From an uncultured Chroococcidiopsis sp. (GTDB taxonomy: Bacteria; Cyanobacteriota; Cyanobacteriia; Cyanobacteriales; Chroococcidiopsidaceae): DNA of 64,000 nucleotides. A program made the position numbers and the translations under genes. Shown piece by piece: positions 53,177-64,000 of this stretch. Within the stretch, counting starts at the first letter, position 1. Every line of letters begins with the position of its first letter. The stretch is taken from NCBI GenBank assembly GCA_964248365.1, contig CAXTYC010000013.1, forward strand, positions 60,235 to 124,234. Direction: 5' to 3'. The notes beneath the pieces are model-generated. The model searched no databases. It had not been told where the DNA came from and saw only the letters and a program-made list of their open reading frames with translations.

Positions 53177-54523
53177 GTGCAACCTTTACGGGTAGTAGTA
53201 ATTGGGGGTGGCGCAGCGGGATTTTTTGGCGCGATCGCCGCTGCAGAAGCTCATCCCCATACATTGGTAACTTTACTAGAAGCGACGAGGGAACCTTTAA
53301 CTAAGGTGCGAATCTCTGGCGGAGGTCGATGCAACGTCACTCATGCTTGCTTTGATCTGGCTGGCTTAGTACAAAATTACCCTAGAGGTGGTAAAGCTTT
53401 ACGGGGTGCTTTTAGTCGGTTTCAAAGCAAGGATACGATCGCCTGGTTTTCCCGTCACGGAGTCAAGTTGAAAACCGAACCAGATGGGCGGATGTTTCCC
53501 AACACCAATAGTTCAGAAACAATTGTAGACTGTCTGACCAAAGCAGCTGATGAAGCTGGGGTAAAAATTCGTACAAATGCTGCTGTTGTTTCCGTCTCAA
53601 GGGTCAAAAGACCCACGCCCCACGCTGTAGGGGCGGGTTTATCCCAGTTATCAGCCCCAACGAAGTTATTAATAAATCCGCCCGTACCCACCACAGAAGT
53701 TACTCACTCCTTTGAGGTGGTGTTGAAATCGGGTGAAGTTTTGCAGTGCGATCGCCTGCTTGTTGCTACGGGAAGCAGCCCAATTGGTTATCAAATCGCT
53801 AAAACATTAGGGCATCAAATTGAACCACCAGTTCCATCCCTATTTACATTCAACATTCTCGACAAACAACTGAGAGACTTAGCTGGAGTCAGCGCCAACT
53901 TGGTACAACTACGCTTATCGGTAGATAACAAAACCAAGCTGGAACAAACAGGACCATTGCTAATTACCCACTGGGGACTAAGTGGACCTGCTGTGCTGAA
54001 ACTATCTGCTTGGGGGGCGCGAGTATTGCACGACTCTCGTTATCAAGCCACATTATCAATTAATTGGCTACCCCAATTAAACCAAGAAGATATACGACAA
54101 AAATTGCTTGCTGTCAAGACTGAACATAGTAAAAAAGCGATCGCCCTACATCGTGGGGTTGACCTACCGCACCGCCTCTGGCAGTATTTAGTAGCGAGGG
54201 CAGGCATAAGTCAAGAGGATCGTTGGTCAGGAATCTCCAACAAAACCTTAAACGTGCTAATTCAAGAACTGTGTCAAGGTCAATACCAAATCCAAGGTAA
54301 AGGAGTCTTCAAAGAAGAATTTGTCACCTGCGGCGGAGTCAAATTACAAGAAGTCAACTTCAAAACAATGGAAAGCCGCTTAGTACCAGGGCTGTACTTT
54401 GCCGGAGAAATCTTAGATATTGATGGCGTAACCGGAGGCTTCAACTTTCAAAGTGCTTGGACAACGGCTTATTTAGCTGGACAGGCGATGGGGAGTGAGG
54501 AGGGACTAGGGGCTTGGGGCTAG
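53177..54523 (+). CDS. HI0933/BaiN family flavoprotein oxidoreductase
   Basis: GGGAAG, SGGGRCNVT and GEILDIDGVTGGFNFQ.A motifs; in-frame REP-like insert at 53627-53687. Confidence 0.92.
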   Translation: MQPLRVVVIGGGAAGFFGAIAAAEAHPHTLVTLLEATREPLTKVRISGGGRCNVTHACFDLAGLVQNYPRGGKALRGAFSRFQSKDTIAWFSRHGVKLKTEPDGRMFPNTNSSETIVDCLTKAADEAGVKIRTNAAVVSVSRVKRPTPHAVGAGLSQLSAPTKLLINPPVPTTEVTHSFEVVLKSGEVLQCDRLLVATGSSPIGYQIAKTLGHQIEPPVPSLFTFNILDKQLRDLAGVSANLVQLRLSVDNKTKLEQTGPLLITHWGLSGPAVLKLSAWGARVLHDSRYQATLSINWLPQLNQEDIRQKLLAVKTEHSKKAIALHRGVDLPHRLWQYLVARAGISQEDRWSGISNKTLNVLIQELCQGQYQIQGKGVFKEEFVTCGGVKLQEVNFKTMESRLVPGLYFAGEILDIDGVTGGFNFQSAWTTAYLAGQAMGSEEGLGAWG

Positions 54524-54738
54524 GGGCTTGGGAGAGGGGGAGAGGTTATCAGTTATGAGTTATGAGTTATGAGTTATGAGTTAAAAACTTAAACAATTCA
54601 AAACTCAAAATTCAAAATTCAAAACTCTTTCACTTTACCCTTTACCGCAATACCTCTTTACCCTCTGCGTTTCCCTAGGGTTTAAACCCCAGGCTTGCGC
54701 CTCTGTGGTTCAATAGTCTAAAACCTTAATACGCAACG

Positions 54739-55782
54739 ATGAAATTTAGCGAAATTGTAGACAAACTGGGCGATATTGCTAACAACAACAGCTTAATCTC
54801 CAACAAAGATTTTGATCCAGAAATTACCCAACTTGCGGCAGTTGATGAAGCCTCTTGTGGCACTCTCAGCTATATAGAAGGAGGCAAATTTGCTGTATAT
54901 GTTGGCAAAACAGGCGCTAGTGGTTTAATTTTACCCCTTGACGAAGCACTACAGACATTGGCACAAGAGCGGGGGATTGCTTGGATAGCCACATCTCAAC
55001 CAAGATTATTATTTGCCAAAGCGATCGCTCTTTTATACCAACCTTTTCGCCCAGCGCCTGAAATTCATCCTACTGCTGTGATTCATCCTTCGGTACAATT
55101 GGGTGAGCAATTATACATTGGCGCTCATGTTGTGATTTCGGCAGGAGTAAAAATTGGCGATCGCGTTTGTATTCATCCCAATGTGGTAATTTATCCAGAT
55201 GTAGAGATAGGCGATCGCACTGTCTTACACGCTAACTGCACCATCCATGAACGTACCCGCATTGGCGCAGATTGTGTAATTCACAGCGGTGTAGTAATCG
55301 GTGCAGAAGGCTTTGGCTTTGTTCCCACACCCACAGGCTGGTTGAAGATGGAGCAGTCTGGCTGTACTGTTTTAGAAGATGGCGTAGAAGTTGGCTGCAA
55401 CAGCACCATTGATCGCCCCGCTGTGGGAGAAACACGGATTGGTCGAAACACCAAGCTGGATAATATGGTACATATCGGTCACGGTTGCCAAGTAGGTGCT
55501 AACTGTGCATTTGCAGCACAAGTAGGTTTGGCAGGAGGGGTAAAAATTGGGAATCGAGTCATTTTAGCTGGAAAAGTAGGGGTTGCCAATCAGGTGAGTG
55601 TAGGAGATGGTGCTGTTGCTTCTTCCAAAGCCGGAATTCATCATGATGTACAAGCAGGCGAAACTGTATCCGGTTATCCAGCCGTTCCTCACAAAGTATT
55701 TCTCAAGTCATCCGCCATCTACAAACACTTGCCAGAAATGTATCAATTATTCAAGCAGTTGAAAAACCGCTTGAGTGAGTAG
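54739..55782 (+). CDS. lpxD: UDP-3-O-(3-hydroxyacyl)glucosamine N-acyltransferase
   Basis: Hexapeptide repeats; IGAEGFGF and KLDNMVHIGH motifs. Confidence 0.96.
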   Translation: MKFSEIVDKLGDIANNNSLISNKDFDPEITQLAAVDEASCGTLSYIEGGKFAVYVGKTGASGLILPLDEALQTLAQERGIAWIATSQPRLLFAKAIALLYQPFRPAPEIHPTAVIHPSVQLGEQLYIGAHVVISAGVKIGDRVCIHPNVVIYPDVEIGDRTVLHANCTIHERTRIGADCVIHSGVVIGAEGFGFVPTPTGWLKMEQSGCTVLEDGVEVGCNSTIDRPAVGETRIGRNTKLDNMVHIGHGCQVGANCAFAAQVGLAGGVKIGNRVILAGKVGVANQVSVGDGAVASSKAGIHHDVQAGETVSGYPAVPHKVFLKSSAIYKHLPEMYQLFKQLKNRLSE

Positions 55783-55820
55783 TGAACAGTTAACTGGTAA
55801 CTGGTAACTGGTAACTGGTT

Positions 55821-56633
55821 TCAGCTTTTCTGCTTCAGCCCTTGCCTAAATAACCACTGCATAGGACCTGGAATTAAATTATACGCTACCTTGGAGAAGT
55901 TAGCCGAGCCGACAAGCACCTCAGAACGCTGATGTTTTACTCCCTCCCAGATAGCTTTTGCCACATCTTCCGGTTTTTCAATTATAGGAGTACTCACGAC
56001 TAGATCGAGCTGTTTTCTTCTGGCTTCGGCATCTTCGACATCTTTACCTCGAAAGATTGCCCGTTCCATTAAACTACTTTTGATCACATTAGGATAAATC
56101 CCACATACATGAATACCTTTGGGCTTTAATTCCGCGTGCATAGCTTCGGTCAACCCAGTGATAGCGAATTTGCTGGTATTATAGGGAACCAGATAGGCAA
56201 CAGGTACTTTGCCGCCGATGGAACTCAAATTGACAATCGTTCCACTACCGCGCTCAATCATGTGAGGTAGTAGGGCGTGGATTGTGTGAATGTATCCCCA
56301 AAGATTGAGATCTATAACTTGATGCCAATCATCCAGGGAAAAATTTTCTACCGATCCTGAAGCGTAGATACCTGCATTGTTAATTAGCACATCGATCGCG
56401 CCATAGTGTTCGAGTGCTTTATCAACAAGTGTTTTTACCTGCCCTGCATCTCTAACATCAGTGGGGATAGCTAAGGCTTGACGACCAAGGTTTTGCACTT
56501 CTTGTGCTACTGCATCCAAGCGATCGCTTTGACGAGCTGCCAATACTAAATCATACCCTTTGTTAGCAAAAAGCAGCGCAGTTGCTCTGCCAATGCCTTG
56601 AGAAGCACCTGTAATTAAAACTGTAGAAGCCAT
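55821..56633 (-). CDS. SDR family oxidoreductase
   Basis: TGASQGIG, NNAG and YNTSK motifs. Confidence 0.93.
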   Translation of the reverse strand: MASTVLITGASQGIGRATALLFANKGYDLVLAARQSDRLDAVAQEVQNLGRQALAIPTDVRDAGQVKTLVDKALEHYGAIDVLINNAGIYASGSVENFSLDDWHQVIDLNLWGYIHTIHALLPHMIERGSGTIVNLSSIGGKVPVAYLVPYNTSKFAITGLTEAMHAELKPKGIHVCGIYPNVIKSSLMERAIFRGKDVEDAEARRKQLDLVVSTPIIEKPEDVAKAIWEGVKHQRSEVLVGSANFSKVAYNLIPGPMQWLFRQGLKQKS

Positions 56634-56844
56634 GCTTTGATTAAAAGAACATTATTAATATCTATTAGCCAAGGCTAGCACAATTCTTTCCTCTCTCCCT
56701 TGACAGAAATAGGGGAGAGGGGGAGAGGGGGAGAATCATTAATTACGAATTACCTCTTCCCTTTTCCCTTTTCCCTTTGACTCTCTACTGTACAGACGTA
56801 GCACAGCGATCGTCTCTACCAATTACCCACTACCAATTACCGAT

Positions 56845-57654
56845 ATGGCTTTTGTACCTTTAGCTGATGTTGTTAATAGCGATTTATTTAAAAATATTCG
56901 ACTTATAGCCACTGATATGGATGGCACATTGACTCAAAATGGTAAATTTACGGGTGAATTATTGCAAGCTTTTGAGGATTTAAACGCTACAAATATTAAG
57001 GTAATAATTGTAACTGGTCGTTCGGCTGGGTGGGTAAGTGGGTTAGCGAATTACTTGCCAATTGCTGGTGCGATCGCAGAAAACGGAGGTTTATTTTACC
57101 CATCTACAGGTGAAGCGGCGATCGCTTTAACATCTATCCCTAATTTATCTACCCATCGTCAACAGCTGGCGGAAATTTTTCACAAATTACAGCTAGAGTT
57201 TCCCCAACTTTGCGAATCTAGCGATAATGTATTTCGTATTACTGACTGGACTTTTGATGTACAGGGATTAAGTTTAAATCAAATACAAAAAATGAGCGAA
57301 AAATGTTATAATTTAGGTTGGGGCTTTACCTACAGTAATGTACAGTGCCATATCAAACCGTTAAATCAAGATAAAGCCAATGGGTTAATGCAAGTATTGC
57401 AAAAATACTTTCCTAAATACACATTAGAACAAGTCGCGTGTGTCGGTGATAGCCCTAACGATGAAGCTTTATTTAATCCTAGCTATTTTCCCATTTCTGT
57501 CGGAGTTGCTAACGCGCTGGAGTATGCAAACCAATTGAAGTATCAGCCAGCATACATGACAACCGCCCTGGAAGGAGAGGGTTTTTGCGAGTTAGCAAGA
57601 GAAATTTTCAGATCGGTAAGTGATATTTCAGCTATTTGGTCTGCTAAAGCTTGA
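56845..57654 (+). CDS. HAD-IIB family hydrolase
   Basis: DMDGTLT, VTGR, ENG and GDSPND motifs. Confidence 0.9.
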   Translation: MAFVPLADVVNSDLFKNIRLIATDMDGTLTQNGKFTGELLQAFEDLNATNIKVIIVTGRSAGWVSGLANYLPIAGAIAENGGLFYPSTGEAAIALTSIPNLSTHRQQLAEIFHKLQLEFPQLCESSDNVFRITDWTFDVQGLSLNQIQKMSEKCYNLGWGFTYSNVQCHIKPLNQDKANGLMQVLQKYFPKYTLEQVACVGDSPNDEALFNPSYFPISVGVANALEYANQLKYQPAYMTTALEGEGFCELAREIFRSVSDISAIWSAKA

Positions 57655-57759
57655 ATAGCGCGACTATTTGATTCAACGATCGCTTCGAGGCGATCGAGTC
57701 GGTCATTACTGTTGGTCATTGAGCGTTTTGTACTGCTTTGTTGCGATTAACTACCTTTA

Positions 57760-58425
57760 TTATTCTTTATTATTAAGTCCCATTCGAGCAGCTATGCGAG
57801 ACTTCATCGCTTCTATTACCTCTGGTGTAGGGTTGGTAGCTTGCCATGCTGGACGTGACATCAGGCGATCGCACCAAGCACTCAGTTTTGGATAGTCACT
57901 ATAGAGTACACGCCCTCTCGATAACCAAGGTATTACAGATCCTGCAACAACCTCAGCTAAAGTTATGTTTTGACTACCAAAGTAAGGGCGATCGTCTAAT
58001 AAATTCTCAAAAAACTTCAGCACTGTTGCAACTTTCTGCTGTGCTTGTTCGATCTGTTTTGGATCTCCTTCAGCTAAGCCTAATATTTGCGGAGATAGTG
58101 GAAACATAGCAGGTAACAACTCATTCGCACTTACTAATTGCACCATCCGCACAGTTGCCAAATCCTTCGCATTATTAGGCAACATAGCAGGCGTGGGATA
58201 CTTAGCCTCTAAATAGTCTAGAATTGCCAAGGATTCTATGACCTTAAAGCCGTCATCTACCAAAACTGGAATATGGTGGAAAGGGTTAATTGCCAAAAAA
58301 TCTGGTTTAAACTGTTCCCCGTCTAGCTTTACTTCTACAAGTTCAAACTCAAGCCCTTTTTCCAGCAGTGTAATCCATATACGGCAGGAGTTGGGAGATA
58401 TTGGATCGTGATAAAGTGTCAGCAT
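57760..58425 (-). CDS. glutathione S-transferase
   Basis: INPFHHIPVL and ESLAILDYL motifs. Confidence 0.92.
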   Translation of the reverse strand: MLTLYHDPISPNSCRIWITLLEKGLEFELVEVKLDGEQFKPDFLAINPFHHIPVLVDDGFKVIESLAILDYLEAKYPTPAMLPNNAKDLATVRMVQLVSANELLPAMFPLSPQILGLAEGDPKQIEQAQQKVATVLKFFENLLDDRPYFGSQNITLAEVVAGSVIPWLSRGRVLYSDYPKLSAWCDRLMSRPAWQATNPTPEVIEAMKSRIAARMGLNNKE

Positions 58426-58635
58426 GGAAAAAACCTCTTTATCAGTAGATCGGCATTGCCCACCTACAAAATAACAAATTTGTTGCTCGGAATACCTAAC
58501 AATTAATCTTCTTTTATGAACAAGAAAGCTTATAAAAAAGCCTTTATTTTGAATAATTAAAATATTTTATCTATAATTTTTTTAGTTCAATTTTCTTACC
58601 AAACAAGACAAATGTAGGTGGGCATGGGTGGCATC

Positions 58636-59961
58636 CTAGTCTTCTTTTGTTGGCTCAAACAGCTTTCTTTCCATCGGTGTTACTAACACTTTATCTACTC
58701 GATTTCCGTCCATATCCATCACTTCAAATCGCAGATGATTCCAATCAAAATTATCTGTAGCAGAGGGAATTTTACCAAGATGAGTAATAACAAATCCACC
58801 CAAAGTTTGATAACTACCTCGATGCTCTGTGGGTAATTCATTAATCTCAAAAATTTCAAAAAATTCATCCACTGGCAACATTCCATCCAATAACCAGGAA
58901 CCGTCTTCGCGTTGCACAGCCAGGGGTTCTTCTAGCTCACCTGCTGAAGGTACGTCCCCAACAATTTCTACCATAATGTCGTTAAGTGTTACCAAACCCT
59001 GAATTACACCGTATTCGTCTACTACAAGTGCTAGGTGAATACCAGTTTGCTTAAATAACTCTAGAATTTTCAATCCCCGTGTACTTTCTGGTACAAACAC
59101 GGGTTGTCGCAACCCCACTGTCAAATCGAGCGATTGACCGGATAAACTACGAGCTAACAAGTCGGTGACGTGCATAACTCCCAAGACATTATCTAAACCG
59201 CCTTGGCAGACTGGAAAGCGCGAATGAGAACTATCGAGCATTTTTTTGCGGTTTTCTTCGGCTGAATCATCCAAATCCAGCCAAACAATATCTGGGCGCG
59301 GTGTCATCAGAGCGTTGACTGGGCGATCGCCCAGCCGAAACACTCGCTCAACCATGTCTTGTTCTGCTTCCTCAAACGTTCCCGCCTCAGTACCTTGCTC
59401 AATCAAAACTCTGATTTCTTCTTCTGTGACTTGTGGTTCTGTAGAAGGTCTAATACCCAACAGCCGTACTACCAAATCGGTTGAAGCGCTTAATAGATAA
59501 ACAATCGGTGAGGCAATATTCGTTAACATCCGCATCGGGACAGCAACGATGGCAGCAATTTTTTCTGGGTAGTTTAATGCCAAACGTTTCGGCACTAGTT
59601 CGCCAATAATCAGCGACAGGTAGGTAGTAGTCAAAACCGCTACTACCGAAGCCAATGGTTCACTATAGGTTGCTAGCCAAGGAATACGAACAAACAAAGG
59701 TGTAAGTCTTCTAGCTATGGTCGCTTCACCGAAGATACCGGATAAAATGATCAAAAGTGTGATTCCGATCTGAACGAGCGCCAGAAACTGATTTGGGGCG
59801 TTAGCCAGCTCCAAGGCAACACGAGCGTTTTTATCCCCTTGGTTAGCTAATTGTTGTAACCGCACTTTTCGCGCCGAGATGATCGCCAGTTCTGACATGA
59901 CAAAGATGCCGTTGACGAAGATAATCAGGAGAACAATCAGAATTTCGATAATTGGGGACAT
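58636..59961 (-). CDS. HlyC/CorC (DUF21-CBS-CorC) hemolysin family transporter
   Basis: GELVPK, MTPR, HSRFPV and VVDEYG motifs. Confidence 0.92.
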   Translation of the reverse strand: MSPIIEILIVLLIIFVNGIFVMSELAIISARKVRLQQLANQGDKNARVALELANAPNQFLALVQIGITLLIILSGIFGEATIARRLTPLFVRIPWLATYSEPLASVVAVLTTTYLSLIIGELVPKRLALNYPEKIAAIVAVPMRMLTNIASPIVYLLSASTDLVVRLLGIRPSTEPQVTEEEIRVLIEQGTEAGTFEEAEQDMVERVFRLGDRPVNALMTPRPDIVWLDLDDSAEENRKKMLDSSHSRFPVCQGGLDNVLGVMHVTDLLARSLSGQSLDLTVGLRQPVFVPESTRGLKILELFKQTGIHLALVVDEYGVIQGLVTLNDIMVEIVGDVPSAGELEEPLAVQREDGSWLLDGMLPVDEFFEIFEINELPTEHRGSYQTLGGFVITHLGKIPSATDNFDWNHLRFEVMDMDGNRVDKVLVTPMERKLFEPTKED

Positions 59962-60275
59962 TCCTAAAATCGCCAGTGGCTCTGGCTAAGTGCGCTAATG
60001 GTTTTAGTATCAAGGAGCGAAGGTATTACCATGCTAGGCTTGATGCTTGTTGAGTAAAGTAGCAGTAATTTTCTGTTTTTCATAAAAGCTCAACAAAATT
60101 TAGATGACTCAATTTTAAGTAAATGTACTTATGAAATATATTGCCCAAACAAGCGTTGTTAGATCTTTAACCTAAAAATAGCTAATTTCCCTCACCTATA
60201 TTGTGTTGAATTTTAGAATGGTGGAGGAAGGCAGATATCAACCTTGCTAGTCAAACTGCCACGTCTTTTGAGTTT

Positions 60276-63200
60276 ATGGCTTTTTCTTCCATTGTGCGTG
60301 CTTTAGGGCGATCGCCGCTCTCTACAGAACTATTATCTAAGCTGAACCGCCAGCAAGTATGCTGTTTAAATGGCATACCTCGGCTACCCAAAGGATTAGT
60401 GGCTTCTGCCTTGGCACAAGCGCAACAAAGTCATCTATTCGTAGTCTGTGCCACCCTAGAGGAAGCAGGACGCTGGGCAGCCCAATTAGAAGCAATGGGG
60501 TGGCAGACAGTACATTTTTACCCCACTTCCGAAGCTTCGCCCTACGAACCATTTGACCCCGAAACCGAGATGACTTGGGGGCAGATGCAGGTGCTTGCCG
60601 ATTTGATGCAAGCATCATCAGGGACTAGGGGCTTGGGACTAGGGGCTTGGGAATCTAAACAGAAATCTGTGAATGGGAACCCTAGCCCCCAGCCTCTAGC
60701 CTCTAGCCCCCCTTTAATGGCTATTGTGGGGACTTCGCTTTCGCTGCAACCTCATTTGCCACCAATGGCAGCTTTCGAGCCATTTTGTCTTACCATCCAA
60801 AAGGGGATCGAATTAGACCTCAAGACCTTTAGCGATCGCTTAGCTCAAATCGGTTACGAGCGAGTGCCTTTGGTGGAAACCGAAGGACAGTGGAGTCGGC
60901 GCGGTGATATTGTTGATGTGTTTCCCGTTTCCTCTGAATTACCAGTGCGTCTGGAATGGTTTGGGGATGAGATCGAATCCTTGCGGGAATTCGACCCAGC
61001 TACCCAACGAAGTGCAGGGGGTTCACTTGACAAAATTGAACAAGTTGTGCTAACGCCAACTAATTTTAGTCCAATCATCAGGGCAGCATTAACTCAACAG
61101 CAGGAACATGGGATTAAAGCGTACCTTTCCCCAGAAGAACAAGAGCAGTTTGATGCAGGTCAGTCACCAGAAGGGATTCGGCGCTTTTTGGGGTTAGCCT
61201 TTAACTCTCCAGCTTCTCTGTTAGACTACTTGCCAGAAAATACCCTTGTGGCGATAGACGAGCTAGAACAGTGTCAGGCACATAGCGATCGCTGGCTGGA
61301 GAACTCGGAGGAGCAGTGGATCTCTCTCAAAGACAGAGCTGAGGGAGCAGGGGGGGAAAGCCTGACTTTGCCGAAAATTCACAGGACGTTTGAGGATTCA
61401 TTGGCAACTGCGGAGGTATTTCAACAGTTGTACTTGTCAGAACTAGCTATTGAAGCAGATCCTTCACCCCAAAGCCCTTACGCCTCAACTCTAAATCTGG
61501 CAAGTCGTTCAATACCAGTTACACCCCACGCTTTTGGTAAGTTGGCGGAGACACTCAGACAAGAACGCGATCGCGGTTTCTCAATTTGGCTACTTTCTGC
61601 TCAGCCTAGCCGTTCTGTGTCACTGTTGCAAGAACACGATTGTCCCGCCTCTTTCATCCCAAATCCCCGCGATTATGCAGCAATTGATAAGCTCATCGCC
61701 CAGCGTACACCAGTAGCCCTGAAATATTCAGGTTTGGCAGAACTAGAAGGATTTATCCTCCCTACATTCCGCCTAGTGGTGGTGACTGACAGAGAATTCT
61801 TTGGTCAGCACTCCCTGGCTACCCCCAATTACGTCCGCAAGCGTCGCCGCGCCGCCTCCAAGCAAGTCGATCCCAATAAGTTGCGTCCAGGGGATTATGT
61901 AGTTCATAGAAATCACGGCGTGGGTAAATTTCTCAAGCTGGAAAGTCTGACGGTTGACAAAGAAACCCGCGAGTATCTAGTGGTACAGTATGCCGATGGT
62001 TTGTTGCGAGTCGTAGCCGATCAACTCGGATCGTTATCTAGATTTCGCGCTACAAGCGATCGCCCGCCAGAACTAAATAAAATGGCTAGTAAGGCTTGGG
62101 CAAATACCAAGAATAAAGCTAAGAAAGCCATTAAAAAACTAGCAGTTGATTTGCTGCAACTCTATGCCCAGCGTTCAAAGCACACAGGCTTTGCTTACCC
62201 GCTAGATTCTCCTTGGCAGGTAGAACTAGAAGATTCCTTTCCTTACCAGCCTACCACTGACCAGCTAAAGGCAACCCAGGATGTCAAGCGCGACATGGAA
62301 AGCGATCGCCCGATGGATCGTTTAGTCTGTGGTGATGTGGGTTTTGGTAAAACTGAAGTGGCTATTCGCGCTATCTTTAAAGCTGTTACTGCTGGTGCTA
62401 AACAAGTTGCTCTACTTGCACCTACCACTATCCTGACTCAGCAGCACTATCATACCCTCAAAGAACGTTTTGCCCCCTACCCAATTAACATCGGTTTACT
62501 TAATCGCTTCCGTAGCGCTGAGGAACGCCGCGAACTGCTAAAACGTCTAGCAACAGGTGAATTAGACATAGTTGTCGGTACACATCAGCTTTTGGGTAAG
62601 GGTGTCAACTTCCGAGATTTAGGGCTGTTGGTAGTGGATGAAGAACAGCGGTTCGGTGTGAACCAGAAAGAGAAAATCAAATCCCTCAAAACTCAAGTAG
62701 ATGTGCTAACTTTGAGTGCAACTCCAATTCCCCGCACTTTGTATATGTCACTGTCGGGAATTCGAGAAATGAGTTTAATTACCACACCGCCCCCATCTCG
62801 ACGACCAATTCAAACTCATTTAGCACCCTACGACGGGGAAACGATCCGCAGTGCAATTCGCCAAGAACTTGACCGAGGTGGACAGGTGTTTTATGTTGTG
62901 CCAAGGGTAGAGGGAATTGAAGAAACAGCGACTATTTTACGGGAGATGCTACCTGGTGCAAGACTTGCGATCGCTCACGGTCAATTGGACGAAAGTGAAT
63001 TAGAAGCCACAATGCTCACCTTTAGCAACGGGGATGCAGAAATCTTGCTTTGCACGACGATTATTGAATCTGGCTTGGATATTCCCCGCGTCAACACGAT
63101 CTTGATTGAAGATGCCCACCGCTTTGGTTTATCTCAGTTATACCAGCTGCGCGGACGAGTTGGTAGAGCTGGTATTCAAGCTCATGCATGGCTATTTTAC

Positions 63201-63899
63201 CCCAAGCAGCGGGTGCTGTCGGATGCAGCACGGCAGCGATTACGAGCAATTCAAGAATTTACTCAATTGGGTTCTGGATATCACCTAGCAATGCGAGATA
63301 TGGAAATTCGCGGTGTGGGTAACTTGTTGGGCGCGGAACAATCCGGTCAAATGGAAACTATCGGCTTCGATTTGTATATGGAAATGCTCGAAGAAGCACT
63401 GCGAGAAATTCGCGGTCAGGAAATTCCCTCGGTTGACGATACACAAATTGATCTGCATCTGACAGCTTTTATTCCAGCAGACTACATCCAAGATTTGGAT
63501 CAAAAGATGAGTGCTTATCGGGCGGTGGCTGCTGCTAAGTCTAAGGAGGAGTTGATCCAAATTGCTGCTGAGTGGAGCGATCGCTATGGGACAATTCCGA
63601 ATGCTGCTAATCAACTGTTGCGCGTGATGGAATTGAAACAACTGGCGAAAAAACTCGGATTTAGCCGCATTAAGCCAGAAGCTAAGCAGCACGTTGTTCT
63701 AGAAACTCCTATGGAAGAACCAGCGTGGAATCTTTTGGCGGCGAACTTGAATGAGAGTTTGCGATCGCGTTTTGTCTATTCCCCTGGTAAAGTCACAGTG
63801 CGCGGCTTAGGTGTGCTAAAGGCAGATCAGCAGCTTGAAAATTTAATCGACGCTTTGAAAAAGATGCAAGGCGCACTCCCAGAACCAGCCCTGGTATAA
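60276..63899 (+). CDS. mfd: transcription-repair coupling factor
   Basis: [24 protein letters not shown] and TRG motifs; STRR insert at ~60620-60712. Confidence 0.98.
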   Translation: MAFSSIVRALGRSPLSTELLSKLNRQQVCCLNGIPRLPKGLVASALAQAQQSHLFVVCATLEEAGRWAAQLEAMGWQTVHFYPTSEASPYEPFDPETEMTWGQMQVLADLMQASSGTRGLGLGAWESKQKSVNGNPSPQPLASSPPLMAIVGTSLSLQPHLPPMAAFEPFCLTIQKGIELDLKTFSDRLAQIGYERVPLVETEGQWSRRGDIVDVFPVSSELPVRLEWFGDEIESLREFDPATQRSAGGSLDKIEQVVLTPTNFSPIIRAALTQQQEHGIKAYLSPEEQEQFDAGQSPEGIRRFLGLAFNSPASLLDYLPENTLVAIDELEQCQAHSDRWLENSEEQWISLKDRAEGAGGESLTLPKIHRTFEDSLATAEVFQQLYLSELAIEADPSPQSPYASTLNLASRSIPVTPHAFGKLAETLRQERDRGFSIWLLSAQPSRSVSLLQEHDCPASFIPNPRDYAAIDKLIAQRTPVALKYSGLAELEGFILPTFRLVVVTDREFFGQHSLATPNYVRKRRRAASKQVDPNKLRPGDYVVHRNHGVGKFLKLESLTVDKETREYLVVQYADGLLRVVADQLGSLSRFRATSDRPPELNKMASKAWANTKNKAKKAIKKLAVDLLQLYAQRSKHTGFAYPLDSPWQVELEDSFPYQPTTDQLKATQDVKRDMESDRPMDRLVCGDVGFGKTEVAIRAIFKAVTAGAKQVALLAPTTILTQQHYHTLKERFAPYPINIGLLNRFRSAEERRELLKRLATGELDIVVGTHQLLGKGVNFRDLGLLVVDEEQRFGVNQKEKIKSLKTQVDVLTLSATPIPRTLYMSLSGIREMSLITTPPPSRRPIQTHLAPYDGETIRSAIRQELDRGGQVFYVVPRVEGIEETATILREMLPGARLAIAHGQLDESELEATMLTFSNGDAEILLCTTIIESGLDIPRVNTILIEDAHRFGLSQLYQLRGRVGRAGIQAHAWLFYPKQRVLSDAARQRLRAIQEFTQLGSGYHLAMRDMEIRGVGNLLGAEQSGQMETIGFDLYMEMLEEALREIRGQEIPSVDDTQIDLHLTAFIPADYIQDLDQKMSAYRAVAAAKSKEELIQIAAEWSDRYGTIPNAANQLLRVMELKQLAKKLGFSRIKPEAKQHVVLETPMEEPAWNLLAANLNESLRSRFVYSPGKVTVRGLGVLKADQQLENLIDALKKMQGALPEPALV

Positions 63900-64000
63900 A
63901 TAGTACGATATACCGATGTAGGGTGGGCATTGCCCACCATTCTATATACAGCATATTGCAGATAAATGGGGTACATTAGTATCAGTGTATCAATGGGTAA

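Overview
This is a chromosomal segment of a cyanobacterium. Evidence: very frequent HIP1 GCGATCGC sites, heptameric STRR arrays, petL and a phycobiliprotein lyase. The repeat style resembles Nostocales/Chroococcidiopsis relatives, but that assignment is inference. The gene content is mostly housekeeping (hemE, aroB, petL, scpB, efp, accB, proS, dnaK, dusB, lpxD, mfd). It also holds a divergent hybrid histidine kinase / REC-PAS-GGDEF-EAL pair, a MazEF-type toxin-antitoxin pair, and a four-helix-bundle (IVS/Avd-like) gene placed antisense between hemE and the next gene. petL and a rubredoxin are missing from the ORF track. Two genes look broken: one by an in-frame TAG, one by a frameshift. I recognised no rRNA, tRNA, CRISPR array, integrase or transposase. 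The most unusual signal is a layered set of very small repeats. These are 45-49-nt elements with compensatory stems inserted into other repeats, ~22-nt SDR-like elements (one splits a HIP1 site), ~61-65-nt REP-like palindromes, and palindromic STRR cassettes. Several sit in frame inside conserved proteins or supply their stop codons.
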